In this document: positions 40,881 through 50,194 of the stretch, in pieces
How positions within the stretch are numbered: the stretch's first letter is position 1
How the letters are laid out: every line of letters starts with the position of its first letter
DNA from: Chloroflexota bacterium
GTDB lineage: Bacteria > Chloroflexota > Dehalococcoidia > Lucifugimonadales > GCA-002723415
Assembly: GCA_002721445.1 (NCBI GenBank)
Contig: PBKN01000012.1
Span: 8,362-72,361, forward strand
Length of the DNA stretch: 64,000 nucleotides
Direction: 5' to 3'
Notes under the pieces: model-generated
Database searches by the model: none
Told to the model about the DNA's origin: nothing
Seen by the model: the letters and a program-made list of their open reading frames with translations, nothing else
Program-made: the position numbers and the translations under genes

Positions 40881-43670
40881 TTAATCAACCTTGTTTTTAA
40901 ACAAATCTAATTTATTTTCTAATTCCCCTAAAATATCTTTTAAATTGTTTATTATTTCTGTCATCTCTTTAACATCAACTTCGGTAATATCCAAGTATTT
41001 CTCATTTAAATTATTCTCATTAGTATTTTCTAATGCTTTAATCTCATTTATATCAGATATACCCAATAAAGCTTCAAGAGCCAATTCTAAAGAATCCTCC
41101 ATTACAACTTTTTCTCCGCTCGCTAATATTACTTTCTTAAGCTCAGGAAAATCCACTCCTTCTGCCTGAATATATATAGGTTCAGCATACAATATAGATC
41201 CCCCCAAAGGCACAACTAATAAATTTCCTCGTATACATGAAGAGCCCTCTACACATCTTAACGAAAACCAAGCAGATATATCTTGATCATTATCAATTCT
41301 TGCTTCAACTTGCTCAGTCCCATCTATTTGTCTATCTTTTGGGAAACTAAATGATAATAATTTGCCGAAATTCTCACCATCACTTCTTGCAGCTAACCAT
41401 CCTATAAGGTTTTTCCTTTGATTAGGTGTATAAGGGATCAATTGAACAAATTCTGTAGAATCTTGGCCAGGAAGCTTCATTATTACGTAATAAGGAGCAA
41501 CCTCTTTCAAATCATCCTTATTACCAAATTTTTCTTTTGAAAATTCCCATAAATCTTCATCATTATAAAAATTCTGCGTGTTTTCCATATGATATTTAGA
41601 ATAAATTTTAGCTTGCAATGTAAATAGGTCTTGAGGATATCTAGTATGCTTTTTCATATGATTAGATATATCAGATTTACTAGTAAATAAATCAGGAAAT
41701 ACTTTTTGATATGTTAGAACAATTGGATCTTGCTCATCCCATAAATAAAAATTTACGTCTCCTTCAAATGCATTAACAGTTACTTTAACACTATTCCTAA
41801 TATAATTAATTGAATCGTCTTCAATATATGTTTCATATTGAGAATAAGGATATTTGTCACTACTAGTATAAGCATCTTGTATCCATATAAGGTTTTCTTT
41901 GTCTGCAACTATATAAGGATCAGCATCTAATGTTAAAAATGGAACAATTTGAGAAATACGTTCTTTTAATGATCGCCTGTACTGAATTAAACTCTTATTT
42001 GTTATTTCACCACTTATAAGTATATTTAAATCTCTAAACTCTAATGCATACAGCAATTTTTTAAAAGTCGAATCTAAAACAACTCCTCCGGATCCCCAAT
42101 AATTTACTCTAAAAAGATCTCCTTCATCAGTTTGATAATCTAACTCTTTTGTTTTTGTATTTACGATTGAATATGGATAATCATTTTCACCGTAATAAAT
42201 CCTGGGATTTGAAACTACAAATTCTTCTTCTGAATTTTTATTAGAATGGTCCTTTACTGGGATTAATCCATTGTTAGGAATATCTTTTGCATAAAACTGA
42301 GGACGTCCTTCCAATGTAAAATCAGTTACAGGACTCATAGCAAAGCCAATCCCATGAGTATATACTAATTTTTGGTTAATCCATGTACGAGCATCTTCTG
42401 TTAATTTTTCAGGAGCAACTTCTCTTGGAGACAGTAAAACTTGGCTAGATTTTGAATTTATTTCATATCTATCTACATCTGCATCAATAAAATCGTAATA
42501 AGGCCTAATCAATTGGATTTGTTTGTATACACTTAACAGAGGTTTATGGTCCCATAACCTAATATTGTTTATTGTTTCAGAATTTTCTGCGATTGTTTGT
42601 TGACTTATAGTATTGTCATCTATTGGTAAAAATATATTTTCTATATTATTTAGTCCAAAAGCTTTTTTAGTAAACTCTATATTACGAGATATATATTCTG
42701 CTTCTTTTACATACTCTGCTGGTCTAACTACGAAACGTTGAATTGACATTGGCAATAATATAGTAACAATAGTTAATAAAACAAACCAACTTATTATACT
42801 CCCAAATACAATCTTATTATTTTTAATATAAATATTTGCCAATAAAATACAAGATATAATGATTCCTACAATTGATAAAACTAATAAACCTGTTTTTTTA
42901 ATATTTACGTCAGTATATAATGCTCCGTCAACGAGACCTCCCTCAGTCAATGGAATATCCCATCTACTCAAAAAATTACCTATTGAGAGGATAAACATAA
43001 TAAAGGCCAAAATTAAAGATATTTGAACCCAATTACTAGAATTCATCTCAAATTTAACACCTCTTATTACAGAGTTAATTAAATAAACTGCGCCAGTAAT
43101 AATTAATGACAAAATTGATATAGTTAATACCCAACCTTGAATTATATGAAAAACAGGTAATTGAAAAACATAAAAAGATATATCTCTACCAAAAACAGGG
43201 TCTAATTCATTGAATTCTTGAAAATTAAAAAACATTAAAATCTCAAGCCAAGATCCTGACAATATTAATCCAGCTATTAATCCAAAAAGTAAAATTATTA
43301 CCAAATAAACCCAAAAAGTAATTTTCTTATATAAATTAAGTATTGATCCATCCACATCATATTCTATTGGGCCATTAGAAATTTTATTTGCAAAATATAT
43401 ATTAATTCCTAAAAAAGAAGAAGCTATAAACCAACCTGAAAATATTAATATAAGCTTTGTAAATACTTCCTTTAATAAAATACTCTGAAATCCTAATTGT
43501 TCATACCAAAGGTAATCAGTATAAATCATTCTAATATAATTTAATATTAATATTGAAATTATTAGAAAAAATACTATTGCTCCTATTTTAATAAAACGAC
43601 TAGATTGATTTAATATTTTATTAAAATCTAAGTCATCAAAAATCAATTTTTGATCCGAATTAGTTGCCAA
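40881..43670 (-). CDS. UPF0182/COG1615 family large membrane protein
   Basis: N-terminal TM bundle (DYLWYEQLGFQSI, DPVFGRDISFYVFQLPVFHIIQGW), then VNYWGSGGVVLDS, TYQKVFPDLF, HTRYPQDLFTLQ. Confidence 0.9.
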   Translation of the reverse strand: MATNSDQKLIFDDLDFNKILNQSSRFIKIGAIVFFLIISILILNYIRMIYTDYLWYEQLGFQSILLKEVFTKLILIFSGWFIASSFLGINIYFANKISNGPIEYDVDGSILNLYKKITFWVYLVIILLFGLIAGLILSGSWLEILMFFNFQEFNELDPVFGRDISFYVFQLPVFHIIQGWVLTISILSLIITGAVYLINSVIRGVKFEMNSSNWVQISLILAFIMFILSIGNFLSRWDIPLTEGGLVDGALYTDVNIKKTGLLVLSIVGIIISCILLANIYIKNNKIVFGSIISWFVLLTIVTILLPMSIQRFVVRPAEYVKEAEYISRNIEFTKKAFGLNNIENIFLPIDDNTISQQTIAENSETINNIRLWDHKPLLSVYKQIQLIRPYYDFIDADVDRYEINSKSSQVLLSPREVAPEKLTEDARTWINQKLVYTHGIGFAMSPVTDFTLEGRPQFYAKDIPNNGLIPVKDHSNKNSEEEFVVSNPRIYYGENDYPYSIVNTKTKELDYQTDEGDLFRVNYWGSGGVVLDSTFKKLLYALEFRDLNILISGEITNKSLIQYRRSLKERISQIVPFLTLDADPYIVADKENLIWIQDAYTSSDKYPYSQYETYIEDDSINYIRNSVKVTVNAFEGDVNFYLWDEQDPIVLTYQKVFPDLFTSKSDISNHMKKHTRYPQDLFTLQAKIYSKYHMENTQNFYNDEDLWEFSKEKFGNKDDLKEVAPYYVIMKLPGQDSTEFVQLIPYTPNQRKNLIGWLAARSDGENFGKLLSFSFPKDRQIDGTEQVEARIDNDQDISAWFSLRCVEGSSCIRGNLLVVPLGGSILYAEPIYIQAEGVDFPELKKVILASGEKVVMEDSLELALEALLGISDINEIKALENTNENNLNEKYLDITEVDVKEMTEIINNLKDILGELENKLDLFKNKVD

Positions 43671-43686
43671 ACTGCCCTCCTGAAAT

Positions 43687-44463
43687 TTAAATTATTGTTG
43701 TTCCAAAACCTTTCTTATAAAAAGAATCAATTAAAATATGCTGCTTTCTTCCATCTATTATATTCGTATTAACATTATTTTTAGATGCTGTTAAACAAGC
43801 TTCTAACTTAGGAATCATACCGCCATCTACTACTCTAGATTTAATCAAATCAGTAACCTGCCTTTTAGTCAATTTAGGAATTAACCGTTTACTTGAATCT
43901 AAAACACCAGGGACATCCGTTAAAAAATAAAGATTACTTGCTTTTAATGTGGCCGCTATATGGCCAGCTGCAATATCAGCATTCAAATTTAATAAAGAAT
44001 ATTTATTTTCATTAGATTTAACTTCTTCATAACCTACTGAAGCAATAACAGGTATATAGCCTGATTCAAGAGCAGATTGAATAATTTCTGGATTAGTTTT
44101 TTTTACATCTCCAACAAATCCTAAAATGTCATTTCTCTTCTCAGAAATCAACATGCCTCCATCAACTCCACTAATACCTAATGCTTTGCCACCAATAGAA
44201 ATTAAACTAGCAACTAAATTTTTATTTATTAATCCTGTTAAAACTGCTACTACAATTTCAAGACTTACATTATCAGTAACGCGAAGACCTTTACTAAATT
44301 TAGGCCTTAAACCTTGCCTTGCCATCCACTTAGTAACCAGATTACCTCCGCCGTGTATAACCACAACGCTTACTCCATTTTTCTGAAGATGCACTATATC
44401 TTCTAATGCAGTATCATGGTCTCCAAGAGTACTCCCTCCAATTTTAACAACTACCGTCCCAAT
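43687..44463 (-). CDS. argB: Acetylglutamate kinase; inferred ATT start at 44463, listed ORF to 44394 lacks the conserved N-terminus
   Basis: Upstream in-frame translation IGTVVVKIGGSTLGDHDTALEDIVHLQKNGVSVVVIHGGG; AGGAG 8 nt upstream of ATT; TDVPGVLD, GGMIPKLEACLTA. Confidence 0.93.
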   Translation of the reverse strand: MGTVVVKIGGSTLGDHDTALEDIVHLQKNGVSVVVIHGGGNLVTKWMARQGLRPKFSKGLRVTDNVSLEIVVAVLTGLINKNLVASLISIGGKALGISGVDGGMLISEKRNDILGFVGDVKKTNPEIIQSALESGYIPVIASVGYEEVKSNENKYSLLNLNADIAAGHIAATLKASNLYFLTDVPGVLDSSKRLIPKLTKRQVTDLIKSRVVDGGMIPKLEACLTASKNNVNTNIIDGRKQHILIDSFYKKGFGTTII

Positions 44464-44549
44464 ATAATCAACTCCTAACTAATTATTTTAATTTTAATAA
44501 AAGCAGTCTGATAACACTTCTTGTATATCAATCACAAAGTATATATTAT

Positions 44550-45755
44550 TCAAGTAGTATAAGCAGAATTAAAAATAACATATTCTTCTGTCAAATCACA
44601 TCCCCAAGCAGTAGCTTTAAAATCTCCAATATTAAGGGATATTGTAAAAACAACTTTATCCGTCTTCATAGCTCCTAGGACAGCCTCATTAAAGTAAGGT
44701 ATAGCTTTCCCTTGATGCACTATATGAATATCATTAATAAAAATATCTATTTTATCCTCAATCATTTCAGCTCCAGTTTTACCTAAAGCCATCATTATTC
44801 TTCCCCAATTTGGGTCCTTACCGTGAACCATTGATTTAACTAAATTAGATGAGGAAATACCTCTAGATGCTTTTGCAGCATCTTCAAAAGATTTTGCACC
44901 CTGAACCTCTACTTCAATTAAAGTTTGTGCGCCTTCACCATCTATAACTAAACTTTTAGCAAGTTCAATACAAACATAATTTAACGCTTCTTGAAACTGC
45001 TCAGCATAAACAGAGCTTCTATCAATATTAATGTTTTTTGAGCGCCCATTCGCAAACGCCAATACGGAATCATTAGTGCTTTGATCTCCGTCTACATCAA
45101 TCATATTGAAAGAAATATCAACAGCCTTTTTCAAAGATTCTTGAAAAAATTCAGGTTCAATATTAGCATCAGTTGTTATAAATCCTAACATCGTTGCCAT
45201 ATTAGGATGAATCATTCCAGAACCTTTAGCTGATCCTCCTATAGTAACCTTAACTTCATCTATTTCAATCGCAACAGCAAATTGTTTATTATAATTATCA
45301 GTAGTCATTATAGCTTTCGAAAAATCTTCTCCACCTGATTCAGTTAAAACTATCTTGTTTATATTTTGTCTTATCAAAGCCATTGGGAGTTCAACCCCAA
45401 TTTTACCAGTACTACAAATAAGTATTTTTTCCGGATTAATATTAAACATATTTGCAGCTAAAGAAGTCATTTCTTCAGCATCAGAAAAACCTTGAGATCC
45501 TACAGCGCAATTAGCACAACCACTATTAACAACTACTCCATGTGATTTAAGAGAAACAGACCTTTTCCTACTTAATGTCACTGAAGGAGATTCAATTTTA
45601 TTAGTAGTAAATACTGAAGCTAAACTTGCTTCATCCTCAGAATATAAAATTGCCAAATCTAATGCCCCTATTTCTGATTTTAAACCTGCAGAAATAGCTC
45701 CAGCAATATAACCTTTTGGAGAAGTAACTCCTCCATTCTGAATCAACTCTAACAT
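44550..45755 (-). CDS. argJ: Glutamate N-acetyltransferase/amino-acid acetyltransferase ArgJ
   Basis: GGVTSPKGYIAGAISAGLK, NSGCANCAVG, KGSGMIHPNMATMLGFITTDA, DGEGAQTLIEVEV, DPNWGRIMMALGKTG. Confidence 0.94.
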   Translation of the reverse strand: MLELIQNGGVTSPKGYIAGAISAGLKSEIGALDLAILYSEDEASLASVFTTNKIESPSVTLSRKRSVSLKSHGVVVNSGCANCAVGSQGFSDAEEMTSLAANMFNINPEKILICSTGKIGVELPMALIRQNINKIVLTESGGEDFSKAIMTTDNYNKQFAVAIEIDEVKVTIGGSAKGSGMIHPNMATMLGFITTDANIEPEFFQESLKKAVDISFNMIDVDGDQSTNDSVLAFANGRSKNINIDRSSVYAEQFQEALNYVCIELAKSLVIDGEGAQTLIEVEVQGAKSFEDAAKASRGISSSNLVKSMVHGKDPNWGRIMMALGKTGAEMIEDKIDIFINDIHIVHQGKAIPYFNEAVLGAMKTDKVVFTISLNIGDFKATAWGCDLTEEYVIFNSAYTT

Positions 45756-45923
45756 AATACAATATCCTCATGAATTCATATTAGAAAAAACTTTCTAGCC
45801 GAGTATAACACAGCATAGTAATTCGATAAAGTAAGTGAATTATTTCTTGCTTTTTAATCTATGATTATGTTTAATAATAATATGAAGTAAATTAAAACAT
45901 TTTATATTTTGAAAGGCGGCATC

Positions 45924-48161
45924 ATGGTTGTAGATAATTCGAGTGTAAAATACACATCAATAGGTAAACGCCCAATTAGACATGATGGATACGACAAAGT
46001 TACAGGTAAAGCACAATTTGGAGCTGATATATATCCAAGTAATTTGATTTATGCTAAAGTACTTAGAAGTCCTCATGCTCATGCAAAAATAATATCTATT
46101 AATACTAAAAAAGCTTTAAATTATCCAGGCGTTAAAGCAGTAATAACCTCTAAAGATTTTCCTGTACATAGTAAAACTCCAGAAGTATTAGGATCTGGAC
46201 CTCCAATTAATATATATAATCTTGGAACAAATATATTAGCTAGAGACAAAGTATTATATAAAGGACATGCAATAGCAGCAGTTGCAGCTAACAATATTCA
46301 TACTGCAGAAGAAGCTTTATCTCTTATAGAAATAAAATATGAACTCATACAATCAGTTACAAATGTTGAAGATGCAATGGACCCCAATGCCCCCACAATA
46401 CATCCAGAATATCCTGGAAACATAGCAAGCCAAGATCAATTAAATATTGGTGACATAGGTCAGGGATTTAAAAAAGCTGATATTGTTATTGAAAAAGAAT
46501 TCAGAACAAGTACTGTCCATCAAGGATATATAGAATTACATTCTGCAACTGCTTTATGGCAACCTAATAATCATGTTACTCTCTGGACTAGCTCACAGGG
46601 GCACTTTCAAATTAGAGACCGTACCGCTGCAATATTAGGTATAGAACCATCTAGTATTAAAAGCGTTCCAATGGAAATAGGTGGTGGATTTGGAGGGAAG
46701 ACTACTATATATTTAGAGCCTATTTCAGCAATGTTATCTAAAATGACAGGACAACCTGTTAAAACAACTATGAATAGAGCAGAAGTATTAGAAGCGAGTG
46801 GGCCTACATCTGGTTCTTATATGAAAATTAAAATGGGGTCTACGAATCAAGGTAAACTGGTTGCTGCTGAAGCAAAACTAGTATTTGAAGCTGGTGCGTT
46901 TCCAGGCTCCCCTATTGGAGGAGCTTCTCAATGTATTTTTTCTCCTTATGATATTGAAAATGTATTAGTTGATGGATACGACATAATTGACAACAAGCCA
47001 AAAACAACTGCATATAGAGCGCCTGGGGCTCCAATAGGTGCTTTTGGAGTTGAAACTGTGGTTGATGAACTATGTACAAATTTAAAAATATCCCCCCTAG
47101 ATTTTAGAATCATGAATGCAGCTAAAGAAGGCACAAGACGTGCAAATGGAATATTAAACCCTCCAATAGGAATGATCGAAACTGTAGAAGCAATAAAATC
47201 TCATCAACATAATTTGACCCCCCTAAATGGTAAAAATACCGGAAGAGGAGTTGCTTCAGGTTTTTGGATGAATGGAACTGGGCCTGCATGTGCTATAGCA
47301 AACGTAAATTTTGATGGCAGTGTGAGCCTAACCATAGGGTCGATGGATATTGGAGGTACAAGACCTGGTGCTGCTCAACAATTTGCAGAGGTATTAGGTA
47401 TACCTGTTGAAAATGTCAACCCTCAAGTTGGCGATACTGATTCAATAGGATATACGTCTATGACAGGAGGAAGTGGAGCAGCATTTAAAACAGGTTGGGC
47501 AAGTTTCGAAGCTGCTGAAGATGTAAGAAGACAAATGATTGAACGCGCAGCATTGATTTGGGAAAAACCTATAGAAGAAATTGATCTAAAAAATGGGCTG
47601 TTTTGTCACAAGTCTGATCCTAAATTACAGGTAAGCTTTAAAGAATTAGCATCAAAATTAGGTGAAACTGGAGGACCAGTAGTTGGTAAAGCAAATTTAG
47701 ACCCATCTGGAGCAGGAGGAGCGTTTGCAACTCACATAGTTGACTTAGAAGTAGACATTGAAACTGGTAAAATAAAAATACTAAGATATACTGCTGCCCA
47801 AGATGTTGGGAAAGCTATTCACCCTAGCTACGTTGAAGGTCAAATACAAGGAGGTGTGGTCCAAGGTATTGGATGGGCACTAAACGAGGAATATTTTATG
47901 AACGACAAAGGTGCTCTTATGAATTCTAGTTTACTAGATTATAGGATGCCTACTTCTTTAGATTTACCAAATATTGATACCATTATTGTTGAAGTACCAA
48001 ATCCTACACACCCATACGGAGTTAGAGGTGTGGGAGAAGTACCTATAGTTCCACCAATGGCAGCAATAGCAAATGCTATACACGATGCTATAGGAATCAG
48101 AATGCATCAATTACCTATGAATCCAGCTATAGTATTAAAAGAAATGAAAAAAATTAATTAA
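45924..48161 (+). CDS. Xanthine dehydrogenase/CO dehydrogenase-type molybdopterin-binding subunit (XdhA/CoxL superfamily)
   Basis: GKRPIRHDGYDKVTGKAQFGADI, LHSATALW, MEIGGGFGGKTTIY, YRAPGAPIGAFGVE, MDIGGTRPGAAQQFAEVLG, GVGEVPIVPPMAAIANAI; GAAAGG site before ATG 45924. Confidence 0.92.
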   Translation: MVVDNSSVKYTSIGKRPIRHDGYDKVTGKAQFGADIYPSNLIYAKVLRSPHAHAKIISINTKKALNYPGVKAVITSKDFPVHSKTPEVLGSGPPINIYNLGTNILARDKVLYKGHAIAAVAANNIHTAEEALSLIEIKYELIQSVTNVEDAMDPNAPTIHPEYPGNIASQDQLNIGDIGQGFKKADIVIEKEFRTSTVHQGYIELHSATALWQPNNHVTLWTSSQGHFQIRDRTAAILGIEPSSIKSVPMEIGGGFGGKTTIYLEPISAMLSKMTGQPVKTTMNRAEVLEASGPTSGSYMKIKMGSTNQGKLVAAEAKLVFEAGAFPGSPIGGASQCIFSPYDIENVLVDGYDIIDNKPKTTAYRAPGAPIGAFGVETVVDELCTNLKISPLDFRIMNAAKEGTRRANGILNPPIGMIETVEAIKSHQHNLTPLNGKNTGRGVASGFWMNGTGPACAIANVNFDGSVSLTIGSMDIGGTRPGAAQQFAEVLGIPVENVNPQVGDTDSIGYTSMTGGSGAAFKTGWASFEAAEDVRRQMIERAALIWEKPIEEIDLKNGLFCHKSDPKLQVSFKELASKLGETGGPVVGKANLDPSGAGGAFATHIVDLEVDIETGKIKILRYTAAQDVGKAIHPSYVEGQIQGGVVQGIGWALNEEYFMNDKGALMNSSLLDYRMPTSLDLPNIDTIIVEVPNPTHPYGVRGVGEVPIVPPMAAIANAIHDAIGIRMHQLPMNPAIVLKEMKKIN

Positions 48162-48183
48162 CTATGAATCGGATAATTTCTAG

Positions 48184-48942
48184 ATGAACATAATTCCTAC
48201 AGTAAATAAAGACAAAGTAGTAATATTAGTAAAAGCGGGAAGATTGCAAAGTTGGGATTTCATAGATTTAAAAAAACAAGAATCTTATATAAAAGAGCAT
48301 GTTGAATTAATTAAAGAAACTGGGTATAAATATGGTATCCAACGATTAGAATCTTTTAAACTTATAAATTATCAACAACCATGGCATCGCTTATGGGTGA
48401 TTGAATTCCCAACTTTTGAAGGAGCTGAAGCTTGGATCGAATCAGAAATGGCTCCACCATACGGTAGTCATGGTTACTGGGAATACTATTTAGCTAGACC
48501 ATGGGGCCCAGATTATTTTTCTAAATGGCCAACAAAAGCCTATAATCCAATAAACAGGCCAATAATCGATACAGATGAAAACACAATTCCTGCTTTAGAA
48601 ATTAATGAAAACAATATTGTAGTAATTATGTTTGGCAGAACTCTTCCAGGCTCTGATATTTTAGACATAAATTCTAGAGGTGACAAAGAACACGTTAACC
48701 TAATGAAAAAAATTGCAAAAGATTATGGATTAATTCGACTGGAAGGTTTTAGATTGATAGCTCCTCAAGATAGCTGGCATAGAGCTTGGATCATTGAATT
48801 TCCTACTTTAGAAGGTGCAGAAGCTTGGATAAAAGCTGAAGTTGAACCTGTTTATGGTTCACATAATTCAAAAATTTATCACATAGCAAGGAATTATTTT
48901 TTAACCGATATAAATAGATTTAAACCTAAATCGAAACTATAG
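48184..48942 (+). CDS. Internally duplicated ABM/darcynin-like alpha/beta protein
   Basis: Two similar modules: WHRLWVIEFPTFEGAEAWIESEMAPPYGSH and WHRAWIIEFPTLEGAEAWIKAEVEPVYGSH. Confidence 0.8.
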   Translation: MNIIPTVNKDKVVILVKAGRLQSWDFIDLKKQESYIKEHVELIKETGYKYGIQRLESFKLINYQQPWHRLWVIEFPTFEGAEAWIESEMAPPYGSHGYWEYYLARPWGPDYFSKWPTKAYNPINRPIIDTDENTIPALEINENNIVVIMFGRTLPGSDILDINSRGDKEHVNLMKKIAKDYGLIRLEGFRLIAPQDSWHRAWIIEFPTLEGAEAWIKAEVEPVYGSHNSKIYHIARNYFLTDINRFKPKSKL

Positions 48943-48960
48943 ACAAATAAAACGTTGCAA

Positions 48961-49527
48961 TCAATCTTCTGAATTAAGTATCTTACGTAATTTAATACTA
49001 GAATCTCTAGTACTTTTATTTTTTGCCACTGGAATATAATTACTATTTTTAACTTTTAAGCAAACAAATATAGGCCCTTCTTTTTTCATGATATTTGGTA
49101 ATTCAATAGAAAAATTTTCAAGGTCATCAAATGAATAACTTTCTTTAATTCCTGAACTACGTGCTATTCCAGCAAAATCAACCTTGCCTGCTCCAGGTAT
49201 TGGTTGTCCTCCAGTAGTAAAATATACTCCATCTTCAAAAACAAAATGAATTAAATTTTTTGGAGACTGATCAGCAATGGTTACAACCGATCCTAAATTT
49301 GTCAACAAGCCTCCATCACCGTCTAAAATAATGACTTTATCATTAGGTTTAGCTAAAGCAATTCCTAAGGCTACTGATGAAGCTTTTCCCATTGCTCCAT
49401 AAATAGGCAAATCTAAATTTTCTGAATTAGATACATCTTGCCAATACCTAGTTGGAGTCATAGTACTCACAACAATTGCATCATTCCGTTCTCTAGATAT
49501 TATATTTATTGCTTCATTTGCATCCAT
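48961..49527 (-). CDS. Stand-alone TPP-binding half, sulfopyruvate/phosphonopyruvate decarboxylase beta-like
   Basis: YGAMGKASSVALGIALAKPNDKVIILDGDGGLLTNLGSV (TPP/Mg motif), FEDGVYFTTGGQPIP. Confidence 0.8.
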   Translation of the reverse strand: MDANEAINIISRERNDAIVVSTMTPTRYWQDVSNSENLDLPIYGAMGKASSVALGIALAKPNDKVIILDGDGGLLTNLGSVVTIADQSPKNLIHFVFEDGVYFTTGGQPIPGAGKVDFAGIARSSGIKESYSFDDLENFSIELPNIMKKEGPIFVCLKVKNSNYIPVAKNKSTRDSSIKLRKILNSED

Positions 49528-49567
49528 AATTTCACCTACTTAATAATTTCAAAATAAAATTCGCTAC

Positions 49568-50161
49568 TTATGATTTATAAGTCATATAATCTGGTAATCT
49601 ATCAATTAAATTTAATGCTAATAAAGTACGCTGCACAATAAAATCAGTAACTTCATCAACTGTTTTAAATTTTAAATAAAAAGGAGGTTCAACTGGAATT
49701 ATTTTTATTCCTAATTTAGATAATTTAGTCATATTCTCTAAATGGATAGTATTTAATGGACTCTCTCTAGGGACTATTACAAGCGGACGATCTTCTTTTA
49801 TAGAAACATCTGCAGCTCTTTTGACTAAATCTCCAGTAATACCTTGAGATATACTAGCAATAGTATTCATACTACACGGAACTATAGCCATGCCAAGAGT
49901 TTTAAAAGATCCACTAGCTATAGAAGCACTTAAATCATTCCCTGAAAAATATTGAAATCCTTTATACTCACTCCATTTCTCTAAAATTTCTCCAAAAGAT
50001 TCATCCATTTCTTGCTTCCAAACTAGTCTAGCGGAAGAAGTATTAGTAACAATTACTTTATAGTCATTTTCTAATAAATATTGTACCGTTTTATATCCCA
50101 ATGATGATCCACTAGCACCTGTAATACCTATTACAACTGGATCTTCATATTTCAAAACCAT
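49568..50161 (-). CDS. ubiX: UbiX-family flavin prenyltransferase
   Basis: VVIGITGASGSSLGYK, MAIVPCSMNTIASISQGITGDLVKRAADVSIKEDRPLVIVPRE. Confidence 0.94.
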   Translation of the reverse strand: MVLKYEDPVVIGITGASGSSLGYKTVQYLLENDYKVIVTNTSSARLVWKQEMDESFGEILEKWSEYKGFQYFSGNDLSASIASGSFKTLGMAIVPCSMNTIASISQGITGDLVKRAADVSIKEDRPLVIVPRESPLNTIHLENMTKLSKLGIKIIPVEPPFYLKFKTVDEVTDFIVQRTLLALNLIDRLPDYMTYKS

Positions 50162-50194
50162 TTTTCAAACTCCAAATATTAATATATATATATC

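Noticed and set aside
46946-47134. Minus-strand ORFs opposite xdhA-like and trkH (46946, 55324, 56176, 56410) and plus-strand 50784, 54839
   Set aside because: Antisense to genes with conserved motifs; no independent support.
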